From: Spirulina sp.
GTDB lineage: Bacteria; Cyanobacteriota; Cyanobacteriia; Phormidesmidales; Phormidesmidaceae
NCBI GenBank assembly: GCA_044070495.1
Contig: JBIPSI010000006.1
Coordinates: forward strand, 64,001 to 128,000
DNA: 64,000 nucleotides
Direction of reading: 5' to 3'
Positions 7,911-18,552 of the stretch are shown here, one piece after another (the stretch's first letter is position 1; each line of letters starts with the position of its first letter). A program made the position numbers and the translations under genes. The notes under the pieces were generated by a model, which worked only from the letters and a program-made list of their open reading frames with translations, was not told the origin of the DNA and searched no databases.

Positions 7911-10124
7911 ATGCCCTCCCCCCTGATCAGTCGCTACCTACTTGCCCTCGACCGCTACAAATGGCCCGCCTTGGCCAGTTTGCTGGGGGTGTTGGGGCTG
8001 TCAACGGTGGTGGCCCTACAACCGCCGCCGCCCCCCGTTTATCGGACGGAGGGAATGCTCGTGATGAACGCCCCCGTGGTGGCCCTCACCGCCACGGGAA
8101 CCGAGGTGCAAGAGCGAGGCCAGGGGATTATTTCCACGGAGTTTCTGCTGGCGGATGTGCTCCTAGACCAGGTGGCTAAGGAATTGGCTAGGCGGGAAAT
8201 TTCCCTGTCTTCCCAGGCCATTCGAGACTCGACGACCCTCAAACTAGAGGGCGAAGAAAACGTGGTGCAACGGGTGGTGGTGGTGGTGAAGCGGCCATCA
8301 GCGGAGGAGGCCCAGATCGTCTCGGATTTGCTGGTGGAGGGCATGGTGGAACTGAGCCGAGTCACCAATCGGGCTAGGCTGCGGGCCATTATTACGGCCC
8401 TAGATGATCGATTGCCAGCGGTGGAGGCGGATCTTCGGGCCGCCGAACAGGCGTTGGAAACCTACGACCGCCAGGAAGGCCCTGCGATTCAGGCGGCCCT
8501 AGACGGCAGTTTGCTAGGGGCGATCTCTGGAGGGCAACAGCAACAGCGCCAGAACCAGATCACCCTGGCGGGGCTAGACTCACAAATTCAGAGTTTGCAG
8601 CGGCAACTGGGCCTCACCCCCGGCGAAGCTCTCACCGCCTCAGCCTTGAGTGCCGATCCCATCATTGCCCAACTGCGGGCTCAGATTTTGCAGACGGAAA
8701 CCCAACTGCAACTGCTGGCCCCCACCCTACGAGCGGCCCATCCCACCATTCAGGAATTGCAAACCAGCCTTGCGGCCTACAACCGGCTATTGGCCGAGCG
8801 GGCCTCCGAGGTGGTTGGTGGAGAGGATCTTGCCGCCCTGCCCAGCGTCAGCCAAGTCCGTCAAAGGAGTGCCCTGGATCCGGCCCGCGCCGCCCTCGCT
8901 AACCAACTGGTGGTGCTCTCCAATCAGCGGGAAGCGCTCCTACGGCAGCAGCAAATTTTGGTGGAGGCCGATGGTCAACTGCGGCAGCAGTATGCCAGCC
9001 TGCCCAACAAACAACTGGAGCGCAATCGCCTCGCCCAGCAGGTGGCCCGCACCCAGGCCCTCTACGATCAAATTCAGGCCAGACGCATTGATGCCGAGTC
9101 CGCCGAGGCCGAAACCGTCAGCAGCTTAACCGTGGCCCAGCCCCCCATCACTGCCCTGCAACCCCAGGATGTCACCAGTCCGCTGGTGGTTGTGGCCCTG
9201 GGCGGCGTGATGGGGGTGATCGCAGCGGCGGGCGTCGTATTTTTGTTAGATCTCCTGGATGGCACCGTACGCATCGCGGACGATCTGGAGGCGATTTTTC
9301 GGGATCAAGACATCCCTGTGCTGGGGGTGATTCCCGCCCTGCCCAAGCTGCCCCATCAGCGCCATCCCGTCTTGGTCTCTGCCCAAGCCCCTCACCTGGC
9401 CAGCTACGAGGACCTGCGCACCAACCTGCGCCGCAGCCCCAACCGCCCAGAGGGTGACCAGCACCCTAAGGTGGTTCTGGTCACCAGCAGCCGAGACCAG
9501 GAGGGCAAGACCACCACGGTGATGAACCTGGGTATTGCGGCGGCCCGGGCCGGACGACGGGTGCTAATTGCTGAATGCGATCTCCAGCATCCCTCCCACG
9601 GCACGGCCCTAGGGCTAACCCTACCTCCGGAGGCCGTGGCCTCTCCCCGCCGCTACTACGCAGGCTATCCCAGCGATCCCGTGCAAATGGTGCCCCAGGT
9701 GGAGAGCTTGTACATGGCCCTAGCCCCCGGCCCCCAGTCCCATGCGGCGGCGGTGCTAGAATCCAGCGAAATGCATCAATTTTTGGCCTCCGCTAGGGCC
9801 AGGTTTGATCTGGTGTTACTCGATGCACCGCCCCTCAGCCGCAACAACAACGCCATCACCCTAGCCGCCGAGGCTGATGGGCTGCTGATCGTCAGCCGCG
9901 TGGATTATACGGAAAAGCCCGTCTTGGAGGCCATCCTAGAGGAACTGCTGGAGATGGACGATATCGTGCTGTTGGGGGCTGTGGTTAATGCCGCCCCAGA
10001 AAGCCGTGCCGTGGTGGTCGAGGCTAGCCCACCTTCACCTCAGCCCACGGTAGCTGAACCCGTGCATAGGGCTCCGACTCCAACCCCAGAACCCGCCAGT
10101 CCGCCTTCCATAGACTTCTTCTAG
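7911..10124 (+). CDS. Polysaccharide co-polymerase with tyrosine-kinase-like domain (Wzc/GumC family)
   Basis: Two TM segments flanking a long coiled coil; C-terminal P-loop TSSRDQEGKTT and VLLDAPP. Confidence 0.85.
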   Translation: MPSPLISRYLLALDRYKWPALASLLGVLGLSTVVALQPPPPPVYRTEGMLVMNAPVVALTATGTEVQERGQGIISTEFLLADVLLDQVAKELARREISLSSQAIRDSTTLKLEGEENVVQRVVVVVKRPSAEEAQIVSDLLVEGMVELSRVTNRARLRAIITALDDRLPAVEADLRAAEQALETYDRQEGPAIQAALDGSLLGAISGGQQQQRQNQITLAGLDSQIQSLQRQLGLTPGEALTASALSADPIIAQLRAQILQTETQLQLLAPTLRAAHPTIQELQTSLAAYNRLLAERASEVVGGEDLAALPSVSQVRQRSALDPARAALANQLVVLSNQREALLRQQQILVEADGQLRQQYASLPNKQLERNRLAQQVARTQALYDQIQARRIDAESAEAETVSSLTVAQPPITALQPQDVTSPLVVVALGGVMGVIAAAGVVFLLDLLDGTVRIADDLEAIFRDQDIPVLGVIPALPKLPHQRHPVLVSAQAPHLASYEDLRTNLRRSPNRPEGDQHPKVVLVTSSRDQEGKTTTVMNLGIAAARAGRRVLIAECDLQHPSHGTALGLTLPPEAVASPRRYYAGYPSDPVQMVPQVESLYMALAPGPQSHAAAVLESSEMHQFLASARARFDLVLLDAPPLSRNNNAITLAAEADGLLIVSRVDYTEKPVLEAILEELLEMDDIVLLGAVVNAAPESRAVVVEASPPSPQPTVAEPVHRAPTPTPEPASPPSIDFF

Positions 10125-10222
10125 GTCGCTGGTGACTTGACTTCTTCTAAGTTGCTGGACTGGCCCTTGCCCATTGGTTTGGCCATGGGTTTGCGATAGG
10201 ATCGAAGAGACACTGTACTGAA

Positions 10223-10972
10223 ATGCCGGGAGCGAATCGCTTGCCAACCCTAGGAGTCAACATTGATCACATCGCCACCGTACGGCAGGCTCGTCGCACC
10301 GTGGAACCGGATCCGGTAGCGGCAGCAGTACTGGCGGAATTGGCCGGAGCCGATGGCATCACCGTCCACCTGCGGGAGGATCGCCGCCACATGCAAGACC
10401 GTGATGTGCGGCTGTTGCGCCAAACGGTACGCACCCACCTCAATTTAGAAATGGCCGCCACCGATGAAATGGTCGCCATTGCCCTGGAGGTAAAGCCAGA
10501 TTATGTGACCCTGGTACCCGAACGGCGGGAGGAAGTGACCACTGAGGGCGGACTAGACGTGGCAGGGCAGCTTGACCGGATGGCCCAGGTGGTAGACAGG
10601 CTTCAGTCGGCTAACATCCCCGTGAGCTTGTTTATTGATGCCGATGCCGCCCAAATTAAAGCCTCGGCCCAGGTTAAGGCCCAGTTTATCGAACTCCACA
10701 CGGGCCCCTACGCCGAAGCTAAGGGTGAGGAGGAACACGCCCAACAGTTAGGGATCCTGCAAAGGGGCACCGCCCAAGCCCTCGATCTGGGCCTGCGGGT
10801 AAACGCGGGCCATGGCCTCACCTACTGGAATACCTACCCCGTGGCCTGCATCCCCGGCATGGAGGAACTCAACATTGGCCACAGCATCATCAGTCGGGCG
10901 GTATTGGTGGGCCTAGAACGGGCGGTGCGCGAGATGAAGCAGGTGATCTACGGAGTCCCGCTCAGTCTCTAG
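10223..10972 (+). CDS. pdxJ: Pyridoxine 5'-phosphate synthase
   Basis: [35 protein letters not shown]. Confidence 0.98.
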   Translation: MPGANRLPTLGVNIDHIATVRQARRTVEPDPVAAAVLAELAGADGITVHLREDRRHMQDRDVRLLRQTVRTHLNLEMAATDEMVAIALEVKPDYVTLVPERREEVTTEGGLDVAGQLDRMAQVVDRLQSANIPVSLFIDADAAQIKASAQVKAQFIELHTGPYAEAKGEEEHAQQLGILQRGTAQALDLGLRVNAGHGLTYWNTYPVACIPGMEELNIGHSIISRAVLVGLERAVREMKQVIYGVPLSL

Positions 10973-11207
10973 TCCTGACCATTCCCCTTACTTTGTGACC
11001 TTACCTACCGTTTTTCTCCTGTTGGGGGCAAGGCTAGGGCTAAAATGTGATGGTGCTAGGGGAATTTTCCCCCTGGGCAAACCACGGTGCCCGCGAATTT
11101 TTAGGACTGATCGCAGGATGGATCGATAGGGATCGACGCTGAATCGATCTAATCCTTCCCATCCCCGTCACGCTAGACCAACGGTTAGAGATCTTTAGGA
11201 GAACCCG

Positions 11208-11540
11208 ATGACAACCTACTACTACGCTGTTGCCAGTGAAAAGTTTTTGCTCGAGGAAGAACCCTTCGAGGAAGTGCTGAAGGAGCGTCGCCGCTACTAT
11301 CAAGAGCAGGAGCAGGCCCTTGATTTTTGGCTGGTCAAAGCTCCGGCGTTCCTCGACGCCCCTGAATTGGCCTCGGTGAAAGCAAGCTGTCCTCAGCCCG
11401 CCGTAGCGGTGCTTTCCACCAATAAAACCTTCATCACCTGGCTGAAGCTGCGCCTAGAGTATGTGGCCACCGGGGAATTTGAGGCTCCCTCCGCTACCAT
11501 TCCCGATCCCCTGGCTTCGGCGACGGCCCTCCCAGCCTAG
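11208..11540 (+). CDS. ycf54: Ycf54, MgPME-cyclase complex protein
   Basis: TYYYAVASEKFL, EEVLKER, DFWLV, FITWLKLRL. Confidence 0.93.
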   Translation: MTTYYYAVASEKFLLEEEPFEEVLKERRRYYQEQEQALDFWLVKAPAFLDAPELASVKASCPQPAVAVLSTNKTFITWLKLRLEYVATGEFEAPSATIPDPLASATALPA

Positions 11541-11595
11541 GTCTCCCTGGGGGCAGAGGCCAAGATCCGCTGCCCCTAAAGCGTCCCATATACGT

Positions 11596-11702
11596 CTAAG
11601 ATTAAATCCGGCTGGGTTGCTCCCGGTATCAGCAGGCGAGGAGACCTCACCTCTACGGTTTGTCAGGCTGGGAATTGTGGGTTTCCTGTCCGGCTTTGGT
11701 AT
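11596..11702 (+). repeat. Repeat family A, copy 3
   Basis: AAATCCGGCTGG...GGTATCAGCAGGCGAGGAGACCTCACCTCTACGG...GGGAATTGTGGGTTTCC...TTTGGTAT. Confidence 0.85.
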
Positions 11703-11860
11703 CACGTCTTTCGATGACAGGCCCCCCGTTACGGATTTGCCAATCTGAGGTTGAAACCCGCAGGTTTGGGCTAGAATCGCTGGCAGATTGTGGCATCGCG
11801 GCGGCGTAACCTTAGGAGCGTCGTCTAGAGTGCGTATTCAGTAAGGCAGACACAACGGCA

Positions 11861-12703
11861 ATGAGTAACTGGTTTGGGTTATCCACAACAGCGGCTCCCC
11901 ATCGTTCCCTAGGGCGACGAGGATGGCGAACAACCTTCACGCTGGCAACGCTTGGGACGCTGATTACTCCCTGGATGGGTGCCGCCTCGGCCCAGGTGGC
12001 CTTTCCCGCCTGTCCTCCCCCCCAAGCCAACGAGTATCTGCTGTTGGTGCGGGGCAATACCGAGGCCGAGCGGGATCGCGTCCAAGACCTACTGCCCTCT
12101 AGCAGTACGGTGATGGTTTGCAACTACCTCAGCGATACGGTGGTGCGGGCTGGGGGATTTACCAGCCTGGAAAACGCCAACGCCTGGGCACAGTACATGA
12201 CCGAGGTGGAAGGGTTGCAAGCCTTTGTGGCCCGCCCCGCCGCCACCACCGCCACCAATCCCCCGACAACAACCAGCCCAACGCCGACCTCCCCAACGCC
12301 GAGCACCAATCCGGCGGTGCCGCCGACCACCCCCTCTACGGCTAATCCCTCTACAGCTAGCCCTTCAACGCCCACACCGTCTACCGCACCGCCGACATCG
12401 TCGTCTACCGCAGGAAACCCGACCCCCATTGCCTATGCGCCCCAACCCCTCAATACAGGGTTTGCGGTATTGGTGGACTATCAATATCAACCGGAGGCCG
12501 CCCGATCGGTGCAGCGCCAAATTGGGCAGGCGGTAGGTTTGGCGGTCTATCGGCAGCGTCCCTACCTGCTGATTGCCTATAGTCCTAGCCTAGAGGGAGC
12601 CGCTACTACCCTCCAGGTTCTAGGGGGCTACGGCATCTCTGGCTTCATTGTGGACAGCCGTGAGGTGGTGATGCTGACTCCGGCGGTGGCGCTGGCGGAG
12701 TAG
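11861..12703 (+). CDS. Exported hypothetical protein with two small domains joined by a Pro/Thr/Ser linker
   Basis: Signal peptide ending AASA-Q; Cys pair; long PT-rich linker. Confidence 0.75.
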   Translation: MSNWFGLSTTAAPHRSLGRRGWRTTFTLATLGTLITPWMGAASAQVAFPACPPPQANEYLLLVRGNTEAERDRVQDLLPSSSTVMVCNYLSDTVVRAGGFTSLENANAWAQYMTEVEGLQAFVARPAATTATNPPTTTSPTPTSPTPSTNPAVPPTTPSTANPSTASPSTPTPSTAPPTSSSTAGNPTPIAYAPQPLNTGFAVLVDYQYQPEAARSVQRQIGQAVGLAVYRQRPYLLIAYSPSLEGAATTLQVLGGYGISGFIVDSREVVMLTPAVALAE

Positions 12704-12733
12704 AGGATCGGCCCAGAAATCAAGCTGCCGAAT

Positions 12734-12763
12734 GGGTGCATTGCTTCGCGAATGGCACCCTAC
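12734..12763 (-). repeat. GTAG-type REP-like palindrome
   Basis: Minus strand reads GTAG-GGTGCCATTCGCGAAGCAATGCACCC; lies between convergent genes. Confidence 0.6.
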
Positions 12764-12794
12764 GTTGAGCGTGGTGGTACGTCTCTGATTAAAC

Positions 12795-13265
12795 CTAGAA
12801 GCCGTAGGCGGGGGCGGCGAGCCAGGAAATAAACACGCCCAAAATTGACCCGGCGATCACCTGAAAGGGGGTGTGGCCTAGGAGTTCCTTGAGGCGATCT
12901 TCGTTGAATTCGGGCTTTTCTTGGAAGAGTTCGTCGATGATTTGGTTTAATACGCGGGCCTGTTTGCCAGCGGCTTGGCGTACCCCAGCGGCATCGTACA
13001 TGACGATGATGGCAAAGACGCAGGTGGCGGCAAAGAATGGACTGGCCCAGCCGAGGGTTTGGCCAACCCCACAGGCTAGGGCGGTGACTAGGGCCGAGTG
13101 GGCGCTGGGCATTCCCCCGGTTTCCACCATCACCTTGAGGTTGAGCTTGCGGTGGCGCACCAGTTCAATGATGGCCTTGAGAATTTGGGCCGTGACACAG
13201 GCCACCAAAGCCACCAGTAGAACGTAGTTATCGAGGATGTCGCTAAAGTTTTCCATCGTTGGCAT
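12795..13265 (-). CDS. Divergent PAP2 family protein (DUF212)
   Basis: GGMPSAHSA, MYDAAGVR, LKELLGHTP; usual neighbour of crtE. Confidence 0.92.
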   Translation of the reverse strand: MPTMENFSDILDNYVLLVALVACVTAQILKAIIELVRHRKLNLKVMVETGGMPSAHSALVTALACGVGQTLGWASPFFAATCVFAIIVMYDAAGVRQAAGKQARVLNQIIDELFQEKPEFNEDRLKELLGHTPFQVIAGSILGVFISWLAAPAYGF

Positions 13266-13274
13266 GGCTAATCC

Positions 13275-14195
13275 CTAGTAGGTACGGGCAACAATGTAGT
13301 CGGCAATCGCCCGTAGGGGCTGGTTGGCAGGCCCAAAGCCATCCAGGGCCGCCTTGGCTTCGTCAATCAGTTTATCCGCCTGCCGCCGCGATTCCTCCAG
13401 ACCCCATAGGCTGGGATAGGTGGCTTTTTGGGCGGCTACGTCCTTGCCAATGGACTTGCCCAGGGTTTCGGCGGTGGAGGTGATATCTAGAATATCGTCC
13501 ACAATTTGGAAGGCAAGGCCAATGCGCTGGGCGTAGTCCCGCAGATTTTGGATTTGATCGTCGGTGGCCCCGGCCAGGATGGCCCCGGAGGTGACGGAAA
13601 TTTCTAGCAGGGCTGCGGTTTTATGGTTGTGGATGTAGTTGAGGGTTTCTAGGGTGGTATCGGGGTTGCCTTCACTAGCCAAATCCACAATTTGCCCGCC
13701 GACCAGACCTTCGCCACCGACGGCCTTGCCCAGCCCCGCAATCACCCGCAGTACGCGATCCGCCGGAACTCCCTGGGTAGCGGTTGCCACATGCTCAAAG
13801 GCGTAGGTGAGCAGGGCATCTCCGGCCAAAATCGCCACATCGTCGCCGTAGACCTTGTGGTTGGTCAGCCGTCCACGCCGATAGTCGTCGTTGTCCATGG
13901 CGGGCAGATCGTCGTGGATCAGCGACATGGTGTGGATCATCTCCAGGGCGCAGGCGGTGGGCATAGCCACCTCAGAATTGCCACCCATCAGTTCGCAGGA
14001 AGCCAAACACAGAATGGGCCGCAGCCGCTTCCCCCCCGCCAGCAGCGAATAGCGCATGGATTCGTAGAGCGTTTCGGGGTACTGCATCGGCACCGCCGCA
14101 TCTAGGGCCGCCTCCACCTGCGGGCGACGTTCCTCCAAATAGGCTGACAGGTCAAATTCAGTCAGATTCGGGTCGAGGGAGTTTGCGGACACCAT
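13275..14195 (-). CDS. crtE: Geranylgeranyl diphosphate synthase
   Basis: [21 protein letters not shown] and FQIVDDILD aspartate-rich motifs. Confidence 0.95.
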   Translation of the reverse strand: MVSANSLDPNLTEFDLSAYLEERRPQVEAALDAAVPMQYPETLYESMRYSLLAGGKRLRPILCLASCELMGGNSEVAMPTACALEMIHTMSLIHDDLPAMDNDDYRRGRLTNHKVYGDDVAILAGDALLTYAFEHVATATQGVPADRVLRVIAGLGKAVGGEGLVGGQIVDLASEGNPDTTLETLNYIHNHKTAALLEISVTSGAILAGATDDQIQNLRDYAQRIGLAFQIVDDILDITSTAETLGKSIGKDVAAQKATYPSLWGLEESRRQADKLIDEAKAALDGFGPANQPLRAIADYIVARTY

Positions 14196-14306
14196 AGCGG
14201 CAAAACGGGGCTAAACAGGACGAGGGACAGGAAGGTGAACCAATGCGAGGCTATCTCTGGGATGGCATGGCCTAGGGTGAGGACGGCCTAGGGCGTCGGG
14301 GAACCC

Positions 14307-15173
14307 TCAAATTTGAAGGCGTTGACGGTAGCTGGTGACGGTATTTTCCAACAGCATGGCCACGGTCATAGGGCCAATGCCACCGGGCACCGGGGTAATG
14401 GCGCTGGCCATGGGAGCCACGGCGTCGTAGTCTACATCGCCCACCAGACGGGCCTTGCCATCGGCACTGTCCACCCGGTTAATGCCCACGTCAATCACCA
14501 CGGCACCGGGCTTCACCCAGTCGGCGGTGATCATATTGGGTCGGCCTACCGCCGCCACTAGAATATCAGCTTGGCGGGTCAGGGCTGGCAGATCGACGGT
14601 GCGGGCATGGGCCACAGTAACGGTGGCGTTGGCCTCTAGCAGCATGATGGCCATGGGTTTGCCCACCAAAATACTCCGCCCCACCACCACCGCCCGCTGA
14701 CCCGTGAGGTCAATATGATGGGCCGCCATCAGCCGCATCACACCGTAGGGGGTGCAGCTTCTTAGGCCCTGTTCCCCCCGCAGCAAGCGGCCTAGGTTAA
14801 TGGGGTGCAGCCCGTCCACGTCTTTATCGGGGTCGATGGTGTTCAGCAGAGCCACCGCATCGAGGCCATCGGGTAGGGGCAACTGCACCAAAATGCCGTC
14901 CACATTGGGATCATTGTTGAGGTGCTGAATGAGCGCCATCACCTCAGACTGGGGTACCGTGGCATGGAGGTGATGCACCTGGGAAGCAATACCCACTTTG
15001 CCAGAGGCCCGCTCCTTGTTGCGCACGTAGGCGGCACTCGCGGGGTTATCGCCCACCATAATGACCGCTAAACCAGGGGGACGATGGCCCTGGGCGGTGA
15101 GAGACTGCACCTGCTGCGCGAGTTCATCCTGCACCTGAGCCGCCAGGGCTTTACCGTCGAGAATCTGAGTCAT
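14307..15173 (-). CDS. folD: Bifunctional methylenetetrahydrofolate dehydrogenase/cyclohydrolase
   Basis: [37 protein letters not shown]; start moved to 15173. Confidence 0.97.
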   Translation of the reverse strand: MTQILDGKALAAQVQDELAQQVQSLTAQGHRPPGLAVIMVGDNPASAAYVRNKERASGKVGIASQVHHLHATVPQSEVMALIQHLNNDPNVDGILVQLPLPDGLDAVALLNTIDPDKDVDGLHPINLGRLLRGEQGLRSCTPYGVMRLMAAHHIDLTGQRAVVVGRSILVGKPMAIMLLEANATVTVAHARTVDLPALTRQADILVAAVGRPNMITADWVKPGAVVIDVGINRVDSADGKARLVGDVDYDAVAPMASAITPVPGGIGPMTVAMLLENTVTSYRQRLQI

Positions 15174-15446
15174 GGCACAGACTACTGCTAAACAAAGGGA
15201 TGGAGGGTAAGGGAACACCGACAATGCCTTGATCCCCAAAAGGGCCGGGGTTGCCGTCAGCGCCCAGAGAATTTTGTCACCTTGACAGGATCCTGCGCTA
15301 AGCCTGGGCCGCAAAGCTAGGATAGGACAGGCTGACCTAGAGCCTTTCCCAGTGTCTCAGATTTTGCCCGTTTCGCGGCAGCGGCGCGTCTAGGTTCCTG
15401 ATCTAGGTTGGCTAGCGTTTTGTCCTTGTTTTCCCCGTTCCCTGCC

Positions 15447-15860
15447 ATGTTTAAACGGCTTGCCTACCCCGGTGTGCTTGGGTTAATCCTGATTTCGCTC
15501 ACCCTGGGCGGCGCTAGGGCCAATCCTAGTTTGGGGCTTCTCCTGCGGGAACAGTTGGGTAGCCTGCCTGGAATGGGTTGGCTTAACCCCGCCACCCCCA
15601 TTGCCGATCTAGGCCAACACCGGGGCGGCACCGCCTATTTTGAGGGCCAAGTCACTCGGCATTTGCCCTTGCTAGATGGCGTGTTGTACCAGGTCACCGA
15701 TCCCTCAGGGGCCATTTGGGTGAAGGCCACCACGCCGCCGCCGGATCTCGGTCAACAGGTTTCGCTACGGGCCACCATCCGCTACGAGTCGATTTTGATG
15801 CGGGGTCAGGACATTGGCGAAGCCTACGCCGAAGAACTAGAGCGCACGGTGAGGAACTAA
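15447..15860 (+). CDS. Hypothetical exported protein, probable OB-fold
   Basis: Signal peptide; YQVTDPSGAIWV beta pattern typical of bacterial OB-fold proteins. Confidence 0.6.
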   Translation: MFKRLAYPGVLGLILISLTLGGARANPSLGLLLREQLGSLPGMGWLNPATPIADLGQHRGGTAYFEGQVTRHLPLLDGVLYQVTDPSGAIWVKATTPPPDLGQQVSLRATIRYESILMRGQDIGEAYAEELERTVRN

Positions 15861-16029
15861 TCTCCTGGGCCTAGGGGGATAGGGTACTCGCACGTCTTTT
15901 AGGCATTTTCCTAACGAAAGTCCTGGCGAAATTCCTAACTAAACCCAGGCCGTCCTAAGGGCGATGGAAAATGGTAGTCTCTTAGAAACGCTGTGTAATG
16001 CTTAATTTTGTAGGAGAGGAAAAGGGGAT

Positions 16030-16449
16030 ATGAAACGATTGGTTGGCCTGCTGATTGCCATTGGAGTTCTGGTGGGTTGGTTTGGTGGGTTTGGCATGGC
16101 CCAGCCAGCACTGGCCGCTGGTGGATCTAGCGCCTTTGCCCTGCTGGCCGAGCGCCCCCTCGTCAACGCCGTTGATGCGAAACTGGGCACCGAGTATGGT
16201 GCTAAGCTCGACCTCAACAATGCCAACGTGCAAAACTTCCGCAAATACCCCGGTCTGTATCCCACCCTGGCGGGCAAAATCGTGCAAAATGCCCCCTTTG
16301 ATGCGGTGGAAGACGTGTTGGATATGCCCGGTCTGTCCGAGAAGCAGATCGAAATTTTGGAAGCCAACCTAGACAACTTCACGGTCACCGTGCCCGATCC
16401 GGCTCTGGTGGAAGGGGCCGACCGCTTTAACAACGGTGTCTACAAGTAG
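16030..16449 (+). CDS. psbU: Photosystem II 12 kDa extrinsic protein
   Basis: [27 protein letters not shown]; thylakoid signal peptide. Confidence 0.97.
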   Translation: MKRLVGLLIAIGVLVGWFGGFGMAQPALAAGGSSAFALLAERPLVNAVDAKLGTEYGAKLDLNNANVQNFRKYPGLYPTLAGKIVQNAPFDAVEDVLDMPGLSEKQIEILEANLDNFTVTVPDPALVEGADRFNNGVYK

Positions 16450-16609
16450 GTCAAAGTCAAAGCGCTAAGGAATTCCCTTCGCTTGCCCTATCCTGAACGG
16501 ATTCAGGAAAACGGTTCTAGAAAAGAGATTAAGCCCTTGTCGGTAGCCACTCTAATGGTGGGTTTGTTGACAGGGGCTTTCTCACATCTATCCAGGATGG
16601 CTGCTACCA

Positions 16610-16690
16610 ATACCAAATACCGAGTCAGCAAACCCCGATTCCCAGTCCGATGAACCGTAGGGGTGAGATCTCCTCGCCCGCTGATATTTC
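16610..16690 (-). repeat. Repeat family A, copy 4 (inverted)
   Basis: Reverse complement reads ATATCAGCGGGCGAGGAGATCTCACCCCTACGG...GGGAATCGGGGTTTGCT...TTTGGTA. Confidence 0.8.
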
Positions 16691-16711
16691 TAGTACCCAC
16701 AGGAGCACCCT

Positions 16712-18409
16712 TTGGCCCAGCCTATCCCTTCTCCGGCAGTGGCAACCCCGCCCTGGGATTTTGATGTCCTGGTTGTGGGAGGCGGAGCCGCAGGGCTGTA
16801 TGCCGCCCTCTCCATTCCTGAGCAGTGGCGGGTGGGGCTGATTACCAAAGATAATCTCTCCCTCTCGGCCAGCGATTGGGCACAGGGGGGTATCGCCGCC
16901 GCCCTAGGGCCAGATGATTCCGCCCATCTCCATGTGGCCGATACCCTACGGGCCGGAGCCGGACTGTGTGACCCCGATGCGGTGGAACATTTGGTTACCC
17001 ATGCCGCAACTTGCATCCATCGCCTAGTGGATTTGGGCGTGGCCTTTGACCGCAGCGGCCCCGACTTGGCCATGACCCTAGAGGCGGCCCACTCCCGTAA
17101 GCGGGTGCTCCACGCCGCCGACACCACCGGACGGGCCATTGTCTCCATCCTGGCGGAGGCGGTGCTGCGACGGCCCAACATCACCGTGTACGAGGCGGCC
17201 TTTGCTCTAGATCTATGGCTGGAGGACGGCCACTGTCGAGGCATTTCCCTGGTGCAGGGCCACACCCTACGCTGGATCTCGGCCCAGGCCACGGTGTTGG
17301 CCACGGGGGGCGGAGGTCAGGTCTATGCCCAAACCACCAACCCCACCGCCAGCACCGGGGATGGCGTCGCGATGGTGTGGCGGGCCGGGGGACAACTGCG
17401 GGATCTAGAGTTCTTCCAGTTTCACCCCACCTCCCTCTCCCAGCCCGGAGCACCGCCGTTTCTGATTAGCGAAGCCGTGCGTGGCGAGGGGGCGCACCTG
17501 GTGGATAAAGATGGCCGACGGTTTGCCTACGACTACCACCCCGATGGCGAACTGGCCCCCCGTGATGTGGTCAGTCGGGCGATTTTCCACCATCTGCAAA
17601 AAACCGGGGATCGACAGGTGTGGCTGGATATGCGCCCCATCCCCGCCGACAAACTGAACTACCGATTCCCCAACATCATCCGAGTCTGCCGCACCTGGGG
17701 CATCGACCCGCTGACTCAGCCCGTGCCCGTGGCCCCCGCCGCCCACTACTGGATGGGGGGCATTCCCACCGACTGCCACAGCCAAACCCAAATTCCCGGT
17801 CTCTATGCCGTGGGCGAAAATTCCAGCACGGGTGTCCATGGGGCCAACCGTTTGGCCAGCAACTCCCTGTTGGAATGCCTAGTCTATGGGGCGGAACTGG
17901 CGAATCTGCCGCTGCAAGCGGGCTTAGTGAAATCAGATATCCCCACTCCACAATCCCCGCAATCCCCAGAAGTCGATTCCAGTCCTGATCCCCGCCTTGC
18001 GGTTCTCGAACAACAACGGCAGCAATTGACCCAATTGATGTGGGACTATGCCGCCATCAGCCGCCACCAAACCGGGCTAGAAACCGCCATTGCCACCCTC
18101 TCAGACTGGCGCAAAGAAGCCGAACACCGGGAGCTTGACCAAATTTTGCAGCGCCTAGCACCCGATCTTCAGCAGAAGTTACCGGGCCACCTCAGTCTTC
18201 CGGTGCTGCGGGCTTGGGGCGAACTGCGTAATCTGTACGACGTGGCTTGGTTAGTGCTCAACAGTGCCCTATTTCGCACCGAAAGCCGAGGGGGCCACTA
18301 CCGCCGAGACCATCCCAACACCGACCCCGCATGGCAGGCTCACACCCTGGTGCAGGGCAACCAATGGCAGCGGTCGGCCCCGGTGTCTGCCCAGATTTCC
18401 CCGGAGTGA
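16712..18409 (+). CDS. nadB: L-aspartate oxidase
   Basis: GGGAAG FAD motif, AQGGIAA, QFHPT, SEAVRGEG, HGANRLASNSLLE, ESRGGH; TTG start uncertain. Confidence 0.95.
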   Translation: MAQPIPSPAVATPPWDFDVLVVGGGAAGLYAALSIPEQWRVGLITKDNLSLSASDWAQGGIAAALGPDDSAHLHVADTLRAGAGLCDPDAVEHLVTHAATCIHRLVDLGVAFDRSGPDLAMTLEAAHSRKRVLHAADTTGRAIVSILAEAVLRRPNITVYEAAFALDLWLEDGHCRGISLVQGHTLRWISAQATVLATGGGGQVYAQTTNPTASTGDGVAMVWRAGGQLRDLEFFQFHPTSLSQPGAPPFLISEAVRGEGAHLVDKDGRRFAYDYHPDGELAPRDVVSRAIFHHLQKTGDRQVWLDMRPIPADKLNYRFPNIIRVCRTWGIDPLTQPVPVAPAAHYWMGGIPTDCHSQTQIPGLYAVGENSSTGVHGANRLASNSLLECLVYGAELANLPLQAGLVKSDIPTPQSPQSPEVDSSPDPRLAVLEQQRQQLTQLMWDYAAISRHQTGLETAIATLSDWRKEAEHRELDQILQRLAPDLQQKLPGHLSLPVLRAWGELRNLYDVAWLVLNSALFRTESRGGHYRRDHPNTDPAWQAHTLVQGNQWQRSAPVSAQISPE

Positions 18410-18552
18410 TGCCCCCAGAGTGATGGACGCCTACTCATTAGGATCAGAGTTATGGTCTACCCCATCATTTCCTCTGAGCAAGGCGGAATCTAGTCATCCT
18501 GGACTGGGCTTGCTAGGCTAAACGCAGTTGCCCTTCCCCTGTGATACCGCCC

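Noticed and set aside
15174..15314. N-terminal extensions in the ORF track (folD, rplJ, ktrB, ComFB, 30474 ORF)
   Set aside because: Family similarity begins at downstream ATGs; the extensions are upstream in-frame starts.
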